The position numbers were made by a program, and so were the translations under genes. DNA of 64,000 nt, taken from positions 917,607-981,606 of the forward strand of contig NW_005434659.1 of assembly GCF_000315625.1 (NCBI RefSeq), in the 5' to 3' direction. Below the pieces are notes generated by a model. That model did no database searches and was not told the origin of the DNA. It saw only the letters and a list, made by a program, of their open reading frames with translations. The stretch is from Guillardia theta CCMP2712 (taxonomy: Eukaryota > Protista > Cryptophyta). Below, one piece after another: positions 1 to 12,278 of this stretch. Position 1 is the stretch's first letter. The number at the start of each line of letters is the position of its first letter.

Positions 1-395
1 CCGTTCGTCTGGGTCGTCACGGAGGGCGCTTACATCGTGACCTTCACTACCAACGTCTACTCCTTCACTCTCCTCGATGTCGTGACCAAGTTCTCCTTCG
101 CGGTGCAAGAGCAAGATTGCACTGTATGCTTGCTGAGTGAACTGCAGGCTGTTTTCCTCATCCGGATACCGAAGAGGAAACATCAGAAGCTCCGTCATCC
201 TGCGGTGAGTTTGCTGCACCTGCTGCAACCCACGTGACAACCCAGGGCAGACTGAGAAGATTCAACAACTTCGCAACTTCTTCTCTAGGAGACATCATAC
301 CGCCGACAATGCCGATCCTCGAGATTCCTACAGAACATGATGCACATGAAATTGAAGCAGTGAGATGTCGGTGTATAGACAGTCATCGTGTGTAA
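1..395 (+). CDS. Microbial (type I) rhodopsin, 3' part only (helices F-G and cytoplasmic tail)
   Basis: Frame 1 from base 1 reads PFVWVVTEGAYIVTFTTNVYSFTLLDVVTKFSFA, matching helix F 'YPxxWxxxxEG' and helix G 'LDxxxK(F/G)' with the retinal lysine. Putative introns at 103-147 and 205-245 (or 250). The C-terminal end is uncertain. Confidence 0.75.
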
Positions 396-861
396 ATATT
401 CGTACATTTGTAAATGATTTGTTGTACCTTTGCACAAAGAAAGAACCATACAGAGAGTCGAGCACAACTGATTGTTCTGCATCACTTGTCCTCAGCGAGC
501 CGTGCAACCTTCACTCTTCCAGTGCTTTCAACAGGGAACTAACTTCCTTCAAGGAGTCACGCAGCCTGGCGCAGGGCTGGACTGGCACGGGTGCTCCATA
601 ATGGAGCGCATAGAGGTGGTAGCGATCTTCTTTCCCTTGCTGGCAGTGCTGGCAGCTGCATTCACGACATTGGCCGTATCTTCCATCCGTTGGATAACGT
701 TCCTCTTGAAGGAATCGTCATTGAAGGCTGGCAGCAGAGGAGGCTGGGGCGTTCCCAGGAGCGATAGCTTGTCGAACATTGGAGGAGGAAAGAACTACAC
801 AGACTCGGTGTGAGAACAGGGATAGAGGGGATGAGCAGGAGCGGGAGCAGGAGAGGGAGAG

Positions 862-895
<34 letters not shown>

Positions 896-1075
896 AAGGC
901 GGCCTTTCACAAACAGCTGATCCTACTAGAGGGGCAGCAATGCATGAAAGTGGCGCAGCCGGAATTAGATTTCAAAGATTACGGACAAATTAAGGGGTCA
1001 TGAAAAGCGCAACAACAGATATTAGTGCCCCTAAATATATATTAATTAAACAAAACCCAAATTAAGCTGGTGTCC

Positions 1076-1839
1076 ATGGCGAGCAACGATGAAGATGCTT
1101 TGAGGCGACGGGTAGGAGGAGGAGAGGAGGAGAGGAGGAGAGGAGGAGAGGAGGAGAGGACTGGAACACGATGATGATAACTATGATGATGAGAAGGAGG
1201 AGGAGGAGGAGGAGGGGGAGGGAGGTGGAAGAGAAGGTGGTGATGGTGATGGTGATGGTGATGGTGATGGTGTGATGGTGGTGGTGAGAAGCTGATGCCA
1301 GAATATAGCGTTGGTGTACGAGCTGAAAGATCTGCAGCTTTTGAATCAAAGTGGCACACTAAACAAACTAGGATTACATCAGCATTTGCTTGACCCCTTT
1401 TCATTTTCTTCCCTTGCCAGATCGTGGAGACAGCAAAGAGGAAGCTGCAATCGTCCGGAGAGAAGGCAAGGCAAGGCTCTCGTCGGTCAAGCGTGAAGCT
1501 TTGTTGTGCAGGACAGACTCAAGGAAATCCTCAAGAAACGTTTGCAGGAGGTGGGATGGGAGGAGGAAATGCAAGATTACTGCAGAGGTCAGCATTAGGA
1601 AGTTACTTCTGAAGTTTGTTGTAACGAACTCTCTCGCAGAACTTATTCAGAACAAGAGCTTGGAGCACATCGATGTGCCTAAGCTCGTGCAGGAAATCGC
1701 GCAGAAGTCTAGAGGTGAGAATGCAAGACTGAGGAATGGTGGATGGCTGATGTTGTCCATAGCTGCGGTGCCGGACAACATCCGAGAAGAGATTTCTTCA
1801 CAAGTCAAATATTTCCTGCAGCATCCGAGCAAGGAGTGA
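1076..1839 (+). CDS. ENY2: ENY2/Sus1 (SAGA DUB module / TREX-2 subunit)
   Basis: Spliced product MASNDEDALRRR-IVETAKRKLQSSGEKAR-LKEILKKRLQEVGWEEEMQDYCR-ELIQNKSLEHIDVPKLVQEIAQKSR-AAVPDNIREEISSQVKYFL has the ENY2 pattern (SGEKxRL...L...GW...VP..K/R.E). Confidence 0.85.
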
Positions 1840-2164
1840 TTGTTCTTCAAACGTCTTTGACAGGAATACGAGAGGTTATTCTTCAGAAGTTTATGTTAAC
1901 AAACTTGAGAATTTAGGCTTAACTATTAGATTATGTTGCACACTGCTTGTAAAAATACATCTAAACTTGACTGCTACATCCTTCATCACGTCAATTTGAT
2001 CCATCTCGTTGAGATCCTACTGTTTCACTTGTTACACTTGTGCGATCTGCGAAGCAGCTGCTTTTCTTCGTTGCACGATCGGAATAAACCTTGCAGCAAT
2101 AGCTCTCATCAACCTTTCAAGCTTTTCTCTCCCCGCTTCACTCTGCCTCAGCTTTGCGAACGTT

Positions 2165-3702
2165 TCAATCTGGGCAACAACACGTCTCAGCTCTGAAAAC
2201 ATGTAGTACGCGCAAAACATCACTGATCACCTCCATATCGACTTGAAAATCGTTCATGAGCTCATTTGACGTCCTAAAGTCTCCCATCTCCCTTGCAAAT
2301 GGCCTGCACATTTCAGGATTTTCCCTCTGAACACGATCAAACTCCTCAGGTGAGACCTGCACAAACAAGAAACTTGAGAGGCGAGATGAAACGTGGCGAA
2401 GGGAAAGAGACAACAGCGAGGTGTGTTAGAGAGCGAAGGAAGCTAGGCAGTGGGAGGGAGGACGACAGGAGGGAGTATAACACTCACAGGGTTAAAGTAG
2501 TAGAGCTGATTCAGAACACGTCCTCGTCCGTCAAATTGACGGCATTGCGACAACTTGCAGAAGATGCAACCCTTTGGCTTCTCTGACCAAATATCCTTCA
2601 CACGATAATAACGCTCTAGCAGGACATCGTTGGCGTGAAAGGCACCCTCAATCGTCTTGCAGAATTGATCCAACTCAGTCATGTAGAACGGAATGTCCTT
2701 TGCAGCAAATCGAGTCAGAAGCTCTTCTTTGTGCAATCCTGTCAGCTTGGTCATTGAATTTGTCACGCACACATCTTTCCTCCTTGACTCCTCAGGGTCG
2801 TATCTGATACGGACACAGGCAGAACCGTGAAGAGAAGAGAAATTTTCCAGGGCACTAATCTCTGAGTCTTCACAATTGCTCAGATTGCTTGCATTGTCAT
2901 TCTCAAGGAGGTGAATGTTATGCCTTGCAGTAGAAATCCCATCATCCTTCAGCACAAACATGTTCTCCAGAAATCTTACTCCTTCCTTCAGCATATCTTG
3001 CAACTTTGGAGGCATCGTCAGAAACATCTTGAGGTTCTGGCTAGAGTTGAATCCGAACTCGTTGAATCTCTTAACCAGAGCAGTGGAACCAGTGAAGATA
3101 CCCTCCAGGGCCTGACCACATTCAATCCCAAAGGAGGCGGTGTTGGCCTTGAAAGCCAGAGGTCGGTCCACTTGTTCTATAGGGCTCACACTCTTGTTGA
3201 TTTCCGTGGGAGGACTTGGCACAGGCGACATCGGGCTCTGCTGATTGACTGGTGAATCCTTGGGCTGACTGGTGTCTTCATGAGAGGAGTCAACGCAAAG
3301 ATGCGTTCTCCCTCTCTTACAACACCGTTTACAAGGCCTCTCATCGTCACATCTTTCCTTCAGCCGGCGGCATGGCTCGCAAGCCTTGGAAACCTGCTTC
3401 CTTGATTCTGGTTTATCCTTTGCCCAGTCAGTGCAAGTACTCGCTATGCCCCTGGCAAGGCAGCGACTGCAAGGCCGTGTGTTGTCACATTTTGTCTTCA
3501 GTCTCCTGCAATTTCCACATGCTCGTAACACACAAAAAGCAGATCTGTTCAACTTCTGGTTTGAGGAATTCTGTTTTACATCCGATGGTGATAGTTGTGA
3601 TTCAATGTCCTGAGGTAAAAACTGACTCATGCTCCCAAACAGACTCATGCCAAGGAGCTCGACGACACTCGTTGCTGGATCATCTGCGCAGCACAAATTC
3701 AA
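2165..3702 (-). CDS. Transcription factor with two Zn(II)2Cys6 binuclear clusters and a C-terminal PAS-like region
   Basis: [29 protein letters not shown] and [29 protein letters not shown] both fit Cx2Cx6Cx5-6Cx2Cx8C. An intron at about 2357-2487 joins the last exon [13 protein letters not shown]...CCCPD*. Confidence 0.85.
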
Positions 3703-3953
3703 TTTCCTTCAAATAAACGGACAAGGTACAAGTTCCATCCAAAGCGTCAGAACAACACTTTTAGATCTCAGTTGCGGCAGTTCAAATTATTACATATTTC
3801 CCCCAGTGATCGAATATGTAAACAGCTTCACTGTCTCACTCATTTTTGTAGCGAAAACCCTTTATTACGTCTGTTCACTCGGCTCAAATCTTCTTGCTCG
3901 ATCATCCACTGCTTATACCCCTGCTTACCTCTCCACGTCCCATTCCTCACTAA

Positions 3954-4242
<289 letters not shown>

Positions 4243-5625
4243 TAACAAAAGGTTCGTTTTCAGGACAAGTCCAAAGTTTTACATAAAATTTGAAATTTAC
4301 ACATCATAATGAAAATTTGATCACACAATGCTAAACCCTGTAACAAGTATTGTAGTAAGTCAGCATTTGTAAACTGTGCCCTGAATTGTACTTCTCCAAT
4401 ATAGTCTGAACCAAGTTTTATAATCTAAAACTATTGATTTTGTACTATATGTATTTATAAAACAACCAGTTGAATTGAAAGTTACCAGATTGCTGATCAA
4501 TATGTTTTATATTGATACATGTATTTTAAATCACTCGGTATCTTTTTTTTTCGTTTTTCGGCTGCTGAATTTTAGCTTTCGAAGCGTTGCTTTGTTTGGG
4601 AGGGGTGGTTCACCAAGTACTCATACATACTACTGCTAATAATTACTTAATTATTGTTCAATAGGAAATTGTCTGGTATTTTACTCCTCATGTGAGGGAC
4701 AGGGTGGTGGGAACCTCGACAAAATTCAGAATGGCGAGACCTTACGCCCACTCATTGAAAGCAATGGCCCAAAAAACCCCGGCCCTCAAGTAAAATTTCG
4801 AGTTTGATAACCAATATTCAATTCAAGAAATCAAATTGGTAAATCTGAGTGCCAACTCAGAATTTGGTATCATTGCGCTATGCGGCGAAGCCGCGGTTAG
4901 TTCCGGATATCCCCCTCCTCTGCCATGGTCTTATCCTCCAAGTCTTCTAGCTACCGGCACCTCTCATCTCGTTAGCAGCAGCAGCAGCAGCAGCAGCAGC
5001 ATCGTCAGTTGTCGAGTCCTCCTAGACCCTCTTCCCTTTCCCTTTTCCCTACGGTCATCCTCAACAAGCCTCATCTTGTTACCACCGCTGTCACATCTCA
5101 AACAGAGCTACATCATTGGCTGATGCCAGGTCTTGTAATCGCTACTCCCATGGTTGTCTTGATGCTTCGGTCCCATCAGACTTCTCCTTCTCTTCACTTT
5201 TACTGCATAGTTTGCTCCATCTACGCAGAATCCTGAATTTGCGAACCTGTTGTTTCACTCTAACGAATATCCTAACTGATTGGATGGCTCTCTTCATCTG
5301 GGTCCTTGATTGAAGTTTCTCTATCCTTTTCAATGTCGAGCTGTGACTGAGAGAAGTTGTGAAATCCTTTGTTATATTCCTTTGCTGCACCGTCTTGTCC
5401 TTTCTCTGAAGCCTCCCTGACGAATCTTTGTGCAAATCTTCTGTCCTCAAACCCTGAACCTATCTTCTTGTTGCTACACAATTGCTAGATGCCCGTGCAA
5501 ACATGACTGGGCCCCTTTCACGGAAATCTCACATAAGCAGCGAGACCTTATCTAATGTTGTGCATGGGCAGGCTATGAAACGTTGATCGTTGCTTAAGTT
5601 GCTGCATTGTTTTTCTTTGGAAACG

Positions 5626-8161
5626 ATGAATTGGTGCTCCCGCCCTCGACCAAAGCTGGATCTGCCATGTTGTGGGAACAATCGAAGGGAAACGATCACG
5701 ATTGATGTCCCAGAGATGCCGAAGCAACAGCTAATCATGTGACTGCAATTATCTTTAAATGCCTTGCAATGACACGAACGATGCAGTTCAAGTGACACCA
5801 TGTTCACGTGCGGGTCTGTCTGTATCGACAGAAACGGTCTACACAAGAAGCTGCTCGACGCTGACATCGCAGCAGCGCCGCAAACACTGCGGAGCTTCAG
5901 AGACAGCTACGCAGACAAAGGGTTGGAGAATCGAAGTTCTCGTCAGAGAATGTCAAGAGCAGACCTGGAGGCGAAACGTGGAGCAGCTGAGGTGGTCTTG
6001 GGCGAGCCAATGTAATCCTTGTTGACTGACAGCGCTGCTAGGGAGGAAGAACAAGCTACGGTGGATGGGTTCCGTTAGGAGGAGCGAAACCCTTGAGGGT
6101 CAAGTTGGAGGACTTAGTCAAGATCAAGGGGATGAGTTCCTGTTTGGGCAAAGGAGTGAGTGGCACGGTCTGGAAGGTATGAATTCGATTGCTGAGAATT
6201 AATTTCCTCACATTTTGCTAGGTGATGGATCAAAGTGTTCAGGAAATACTGGCGTTGAAAGAAATGGTTGGCTCTTTTTGTATCAATGTCTTGAATGGGT
6301 TCATTTGAGTGTATCAGGCACTGGAAGCGGATGAAGAGAAGTGCAAACTCATCGTCCAAGAGATGCAAGTAAGTCAAGATCGCGCGCTCACTAGCCCTCT
6401 CATGCTGCTGACAGATAATGTTGGATCTCGATCATCCATCAATCGTCGCCTGCCATGGCGTCTTCTATGACATGTAATGCCGAAAATGTTTCAGATTATT
6501 CATATTCTTTCTCGGATGATATTCGCGGTGTTGTGTGTTCTGGAAATTGAATGCGACTTTTTAGGGGGATCTTCAAAATTGTCATGGAATTCATGGACGA
6601 GGGTTCTTTGCTGGATATCTTGCGGTTTGGGGATCACAAGGTCTCCGTTCCAGTGCTTGGAGGTGAAAGAAGGGATAAGAATGAATCCGGAAACTGAGCT
6701 ACCTACAGGATTGGCGAAACAAATCTTGGAAGCGATGCGATATTTGCACGTGGAGAAACGAGTGATCCACAGGGACGTCAAGGTTGATGATCCTCATGGT
6801 GGTAACCTGTGAGCTGAAATGATTGAGCTCAGCCTGGAAACATTCTCCTGAACAGAAAAGGTGAATGCAAGCTTGCAGACTTCGGCGTATGCAGGTATGA
6901 ACTTGATTGACATTGATCAAGAGGTTTTGAAAGACCAATCAACAGCAAACCGAGAGATCGATACGACTCTACTTGTGCGACATGGGTAGGAACTGTAACA
7001 TATATGTCACCCGAGAGAATTCTTGGAAATAGGTACGCAACAGTTGTTGATTATTCTCCTCGTCGAGTCATTTCATGTATTCCTAACTCATGTCGCAAAG
7101 CTATTCCTTCAATGCCGACGTGTGGGCGCTGGGAGTGATCATGGTGGAAGCGGCTCTTGGAAGGTTCTGGGGAGAAGAGGAGGAAGGGGCGAGCGTTTGA
7201 GCTGATGTTTAGGTATCCGTATCTCGTCGAGGGAATGGACAAGAAGAAGTTTGAGTTCTGGGATCTGATGGATGTGATGATCAACTCGCAATGCGCCACG
7301 TGAGTCCTTTTATGATTGCGGAATCCGATCTCTTGTTTCACGCACTTCCCCTCCTACAGAAGCTCTTTGTGCCTGTGATTTCTTGTTGGCAGGTCGAAGC
7401 TTCCACACGACATTGATCCTGCGTTCAAGTCCTTCTGTCAGGTAAGAAGGAGCTGACGATGGGAGGAGGAGCTGACATGTTGGTTGTACAGTACATCCTC
7501 GAGAAGGATCATGAGCTGCGTCCGTCGTCGGTGGATGCTTTAACGTGTGTACTTCTGTACTTTTTGTTTGGTCGTGGACATGTGCTCGAATCCTCGGGGT
7601 GTTCAACCGGAGACCTACATTCTTTTCATCATTTTGAGAAGCACAATCACCTCTTGCAACGCGTTTAAGCACTTTCAGTCTTATGCAAACCCATTCACTG
7701 TTGTCATCAAACCCATTCACTGTTGTCATCAAATCCATTCACTGTTGTCATCACCATCTACTCCCATCTTCTGCACCATCATCTCCATCATTATCTCCAT
7801 CACCATCACCATCATTGTAATCGATAACCTTGTTCTCATCTGCATTCGCCATGGGTATTTATCTTGAGATTTCCAGGCATCCATTTCTGCAAACGATTCA
7901 CGAGGATGTGAACATTCACATAGCTCAATGGATATCGGAAGTAAGACAGGTGCCGAGACCGTGTCGAAACACCTTCCTCGTCCCGTCCCGTCCCCCAACA
8001 TTCACTCCCTGCTTCTCTCCTACCTCCATCTCTTCTCTCACTCCTCGTCTTCTTGTCTTGTTTAAGTTTTGTACTAGGATCGAAGATCAATGGACGCTAA
8101 GAAGATTTCTCGAAGCCTCGGCGGCTTGAGCATTGGCGAGCAGAATGGAAGTGCGAGGTAA
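5626..8161 (+). CDS. MAP kinase kinase (MEK/STE7 family), multi-exon
   Basis: Exons encode LGKGVSGTVWK, ALKEM, IVMEFMDEGSL, HRDVK-PGNILL, KLADFGV, STCATWVGTVTYMSPERI, ADVWALGV and HPFL. The N-terminal RPRPKLDLP resembles a MAPK docking site. Start and end are approximate. Confidence 0.85.
7690..7752. repeat. ~22-bp tandem repeat (x3) within a MAP2K intron
   Basis: acccattcactgttgtcatcaa repeated about three times. Confidence 0.85.
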
Positions 8162-8180
8162 CGAACCTGCAAGAGACTTG

Positions 8181-8293
8181 ATGCGTACCCATGTCAAAGT
8201 GCTCATGTCCTATCTTGGCTTCCCCTCCCCATTGCAATCCCTTCCGTCTGCAGCCGTAGAACCTGATGGCGCGCAGCTGCTGCCGTCGCAGCC

Positions 8294-8324
<31 letters not shown>

Positions 8325-9200
8325 GCGAGGGTGATGGTGACTTGCAGCAATCAAACATCTGAGCGAAACAGTGCGAAGAGCACAGCGAGGAGTGAAGTTC
8401 ACTCGTTGAGGTGAAGATATGTGAACATGTCGCTAATCATATCTCAACTGGTTGGCAGGAATGGGGTAGAGGGCATCAAGCTTGCCAACGGTATCGTCAA
8501 GAAGGAAGAGGAGAGGGTCTTTCAAACTTCTTCTGTGCGCGGGATGATGAACGGAGAGTCCAAGTCCCGGCTACGAAGTTCCATGGGGTTGTAACGGTCT
8601 CCTTACCCATCCTCTCCTCGCCTCTCTCCGTCCTCTCCCTCCCCCCACCTCTCCCCATTTGTGGCTTTCTCTCTCGCCTCCTCGTCCTGTCACACCAGTG
8701 CTTGCTTGCCTTCAATTTATTGTTTTTATGAAGTTGCGAGATCTTATCCACATTCCCTTGTAGTCCCGTGTTCCTTCTCCTCTACCTCCTTCAAGCTGCT
8801 GCTCGCTCCACTGCCAGTCTGCTTACTTGCGTTAACGTCAACCCCATCGAACTCTCTGCCTTCTTCACTCCCTCGTCTCCTTAGGTCGAGGCGAGGAGTA
8901 GCAGCGAGTAGGTCAATCCATCGTGCCTCTCAGTCGAGCCAGCAGAATCTCTTCCATGGAGATCTGGCAGGAGATGAAGTGAGAAGAAAGTTGAAGATCG
9001 TAGGGACAGCAGGACGAGCAGCATACCAAGCACAAGCCCAAGCACAACCAGCAGCACCATCACCATCACCATCACCATCACCATCACCATCACCATCACC
9101 ATCACCATCATCATCACCATCACCATCACCATCATCATCACCATCACCATCACCAGCACCATCACCAGCACCAGCACCAGCACCATCACCAGCACCATGA
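8181..9200 (+). CDS. Hypothetical low-complexity protein with a Ser/Pro-rich tail
   Basis: Exon-like segments bounded by gt..ag (e.g. NGVEGIKLANGIVKKEEERVF..., SRRGVAASRSIHRASQ...) end in (SP)n/(AP)n. No recognisable domain. Confidence 0.3.
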
Positions 9201-12200
9201 GAGCAGGTGAGGTCACACCTGGGGAAGGGAGATGATTCTTCCCATCTTGATCTGCCATGGAGTGAAAGTGATTCCTCCGTCTTTGATGGCGTTGAGGCGG
9301 AAAAACGTTCCCTCCACCCTCGCCAGCCTCGCGCTGCACCATGCCTGCCCCGTAGCCGGTCTGCGAGCGAGTGAGACGATGCCCTAGGCACGGAAAGAGA
9401 GGAGCAGGAGGAGCAGGAGGAGCAGGAGGAGCAGGAGGAGCAGGAGCAGGGGCAACCTGTTGCTGTTTCTGAGCGTGCGGGGAGCCGTCAGTTGCCTTCT
9501 CGGGGTGGCGAGTCGCTCGAGCGCTTCTCTCGTCTCGCTGTCGACCTGCTTGCATGGGGCGATGATGCGCTGCCAGGTGGGTCTGCTGGACTTTAGCTGA
9601 AGTCGCCCTGAGAGAGCAGGGAGAGGGTCAGGTGGGAGGATCGAGGCAGCATGGCGACGCACCATGGGAGGAGGTCTGGGGTCTCAGAGTTTCTCCCCTC
9701 CTGTAGTCCAGCAGCAACTGCCGTGTGTGTTACCAGGAAGAGGGCCCGTCCTCGCAGGGTCACCTGGAGGTCCTCGGAGGAAGGAGCAAGACCCTCCCGC
9801 TCAAGGCAGCGATGGTGCCCTTGCAGTACCTCCGCTCGCCGCTGATTCATCTTGCTCGTCAGCTGCTCCATCCCCATGACCTTCTCCTCTGATGCCTGCC
9901 AGCCTCGGTGATGCTGAGGATCAAGGGCCAAGGGCCAAGGGGAGGAAGAGGAGGAGGAGGAGGAGGAGGAGGAGGAGGAGGAGGATATGGAAGAAGAGGA
10001 GGAGGAGGAGCAGGAGGAGGTGCAGGAGGAGGAGGAGGAGGAGGAGGAGTTTAAAGGAAAGGAACGAATGAGTACCCAGCGATGGAAGAGATCAAGCTTG
10101 ACGCTTAGGATCTCTACGTCAGTTGTCGCTGTCACACTGATTGTCTCTTAGTTGTAAGGCTGAGAAGAACTAGGACGAGGAGAACGAGGAGGACGGGGAC
10201 GGGGATAAAGAAGAGTAGGAAGAAGAGGAGCCTGAGAAAGGAGGGAGGAGGGAGGGAGGACGGAGGTGAGGAGGAGAGTGCAGGGAGGAGGGAGGAGGAC
10301 GGAGCAGGAGGAGCAGGAGGTGCAGGAGGAGCAGGAGGAGCACGTGACTGACTTGCATGTCCACGACTTGCCGTTGGCGAGGAGATCAAGCATCGTGATG
10401 CACTGGCCCGATGAGAGAAGGAGAAGAGAAAGCTCCTTCGAGGCCTCAGAGCTCGTCAGCACCCAGCTCAACCCCAGCTGCAGCACCGGGACTCGCCGGC
10501 TGGCCTTGCGATCTCTCGCTTGGAACTTGCTGCGTCGCGTGAGCTGCAGACAGGTGAGGGAGAAGTCCAGCGGACAGAGAGAGCAGACTTGCACTGAGCC
10601 GCTGAGGATGAAGTCGAGGTGCAGGCCCTCCCGCCTCAGGCTCGGAGGTCTCCTCCCTAGAGCAGGGTGAGCAGTTGCGTGCTGACGTCATCGCCCACCA
10701 GCACTCGCCGACGTCCCCGTCTGAACCTCGAGGAGCCTGCCGGGCGCGTGAGAGGCTCTGACGGAACAAGAGGCTCGCACGTGCTGTCTTGGACGGCAAA
10801 GGTCGAGCCCTGCTGGAGGCGGGCGAGAGAGACGGAAGGAGAGAGGGAGAGGGAGAGGGAGGAGGGAGAGGAGGAGAGGGGCGAAGAGAGGGAGGAGAGG
10901 AAGAGGTTGTTGGAGGCTCTGAGCTCTTCGGGCAGGTCCGACTTGCCGAAGACGTGCTCCCTGCAGAAGCTGAGGAGAGCTGAGAACCGGCTGTCCTCGT
11001 GCTGCTTGAGGACCTCCAAGTAGTCTTTGCGGGAGAGCGATAGCAAGCAGACTCTTGAAGAGGAGCGCAAGGAGCAGGCCCACGTGCTTTCCTTCCCTTG
11101 GAACGCTCTGACGCTGCTGAGAAACCCCTGCATGCTCGGGCGTCAATCGCCATGTCGAAGAGGAGCCAACACACACCCGATGATCGCGCAGCTGCTCCTC
11201 TGACCTCTCCCCATCCCCACTCCTGACCTCAACGATCGATCCTCTGAGCCTGATCAGCAGAGCCTTGAGCTCCTCACCAGCTGAGCAGATCTCCTGCCCC
11301 TTCTCCAGCTCCACCAATTTCAACTTCCCAGCTAGTGACCTCCGCACGTCACTCGACAGCTGGCAGAAGAAGCCGTCCTGGGGTCAGAGGCCTCTCAGTG
11401 CCCGTCAGCCCAGAGATCTTTCGCACCTCCTCTTCGAGGCCGTCGAGGTAGTCCATCACCTTCTTCTCCTGCTCCTCCGACCTCCACTGGCGTCAGAACC
11501 AACGGGGTGCGAGGCGACGAGAGGAGGCACCTCTCCTGCTTCTGACGGAACAGAGCAAGGATCTCCTGGCTCTTCCTCGCAGCCTTCGCCCTCGCAAGGT
11601 CTTCCCTGCTGTACACCAACACGTCTGCTCCTCCGGTAGAGTCTCGGCTCACTTGCACGCGGATGCTTCCAGTCCGCACGCGCTGGTTGACCAAGGCTGA
11701 GGGGAATTTCAGCTCACATCGGAGCAGGAGCAGGAGAAGGAAGAAACTCTCTACCTGACTCCCCGAAGACATCTCCCTTGGTGAAGCGCTTGCACAGCTG
11801 CGGCATCTCTACCCCGTCATGGTTCCTGACGATGTAATCAACAGCTCCTTGAGCGATGATGTAGTTGCTTGTGAGCTCTTCGTCTTCAGAGCACATGACA
11901 AACTCTTGAGGAAACCTGAAGGCGCCATGAGGAGTCGATGAGGAGTGACGCTAGCAGTCATCGCGGGGTCACCACGCGTGCTTGAGATGCTGACACAAGT
12001 AGCTGATGTCCACGTGCTTGAACTTGTCGTGCTTCGCCAGCAAGTCCAGCAGCTCCAGCGGGACTTCCTCGCTCTGGTTCGCCTCGATCTGAGGGCTCAT
12101 GAGGGAGAGCAAGGAGGCGGGCGATGAGATCAATCCTCAAGCCGCTGGGAAGAGCAAGAGGAAACAGAGAAGAGGCAAAAGTAGAGGAGCAGAAGGAGGA

Positions 12201-12214
12201 GGAAGAGGAGGATG

Positions 12215-12278
<64 letters not shown>

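Noticed and set aside
510-910. Possible small minus-strand gene (…LKEVSSLLKALEE*)
   Set aside because: Coding-like, but no confident start, splice model or domain.
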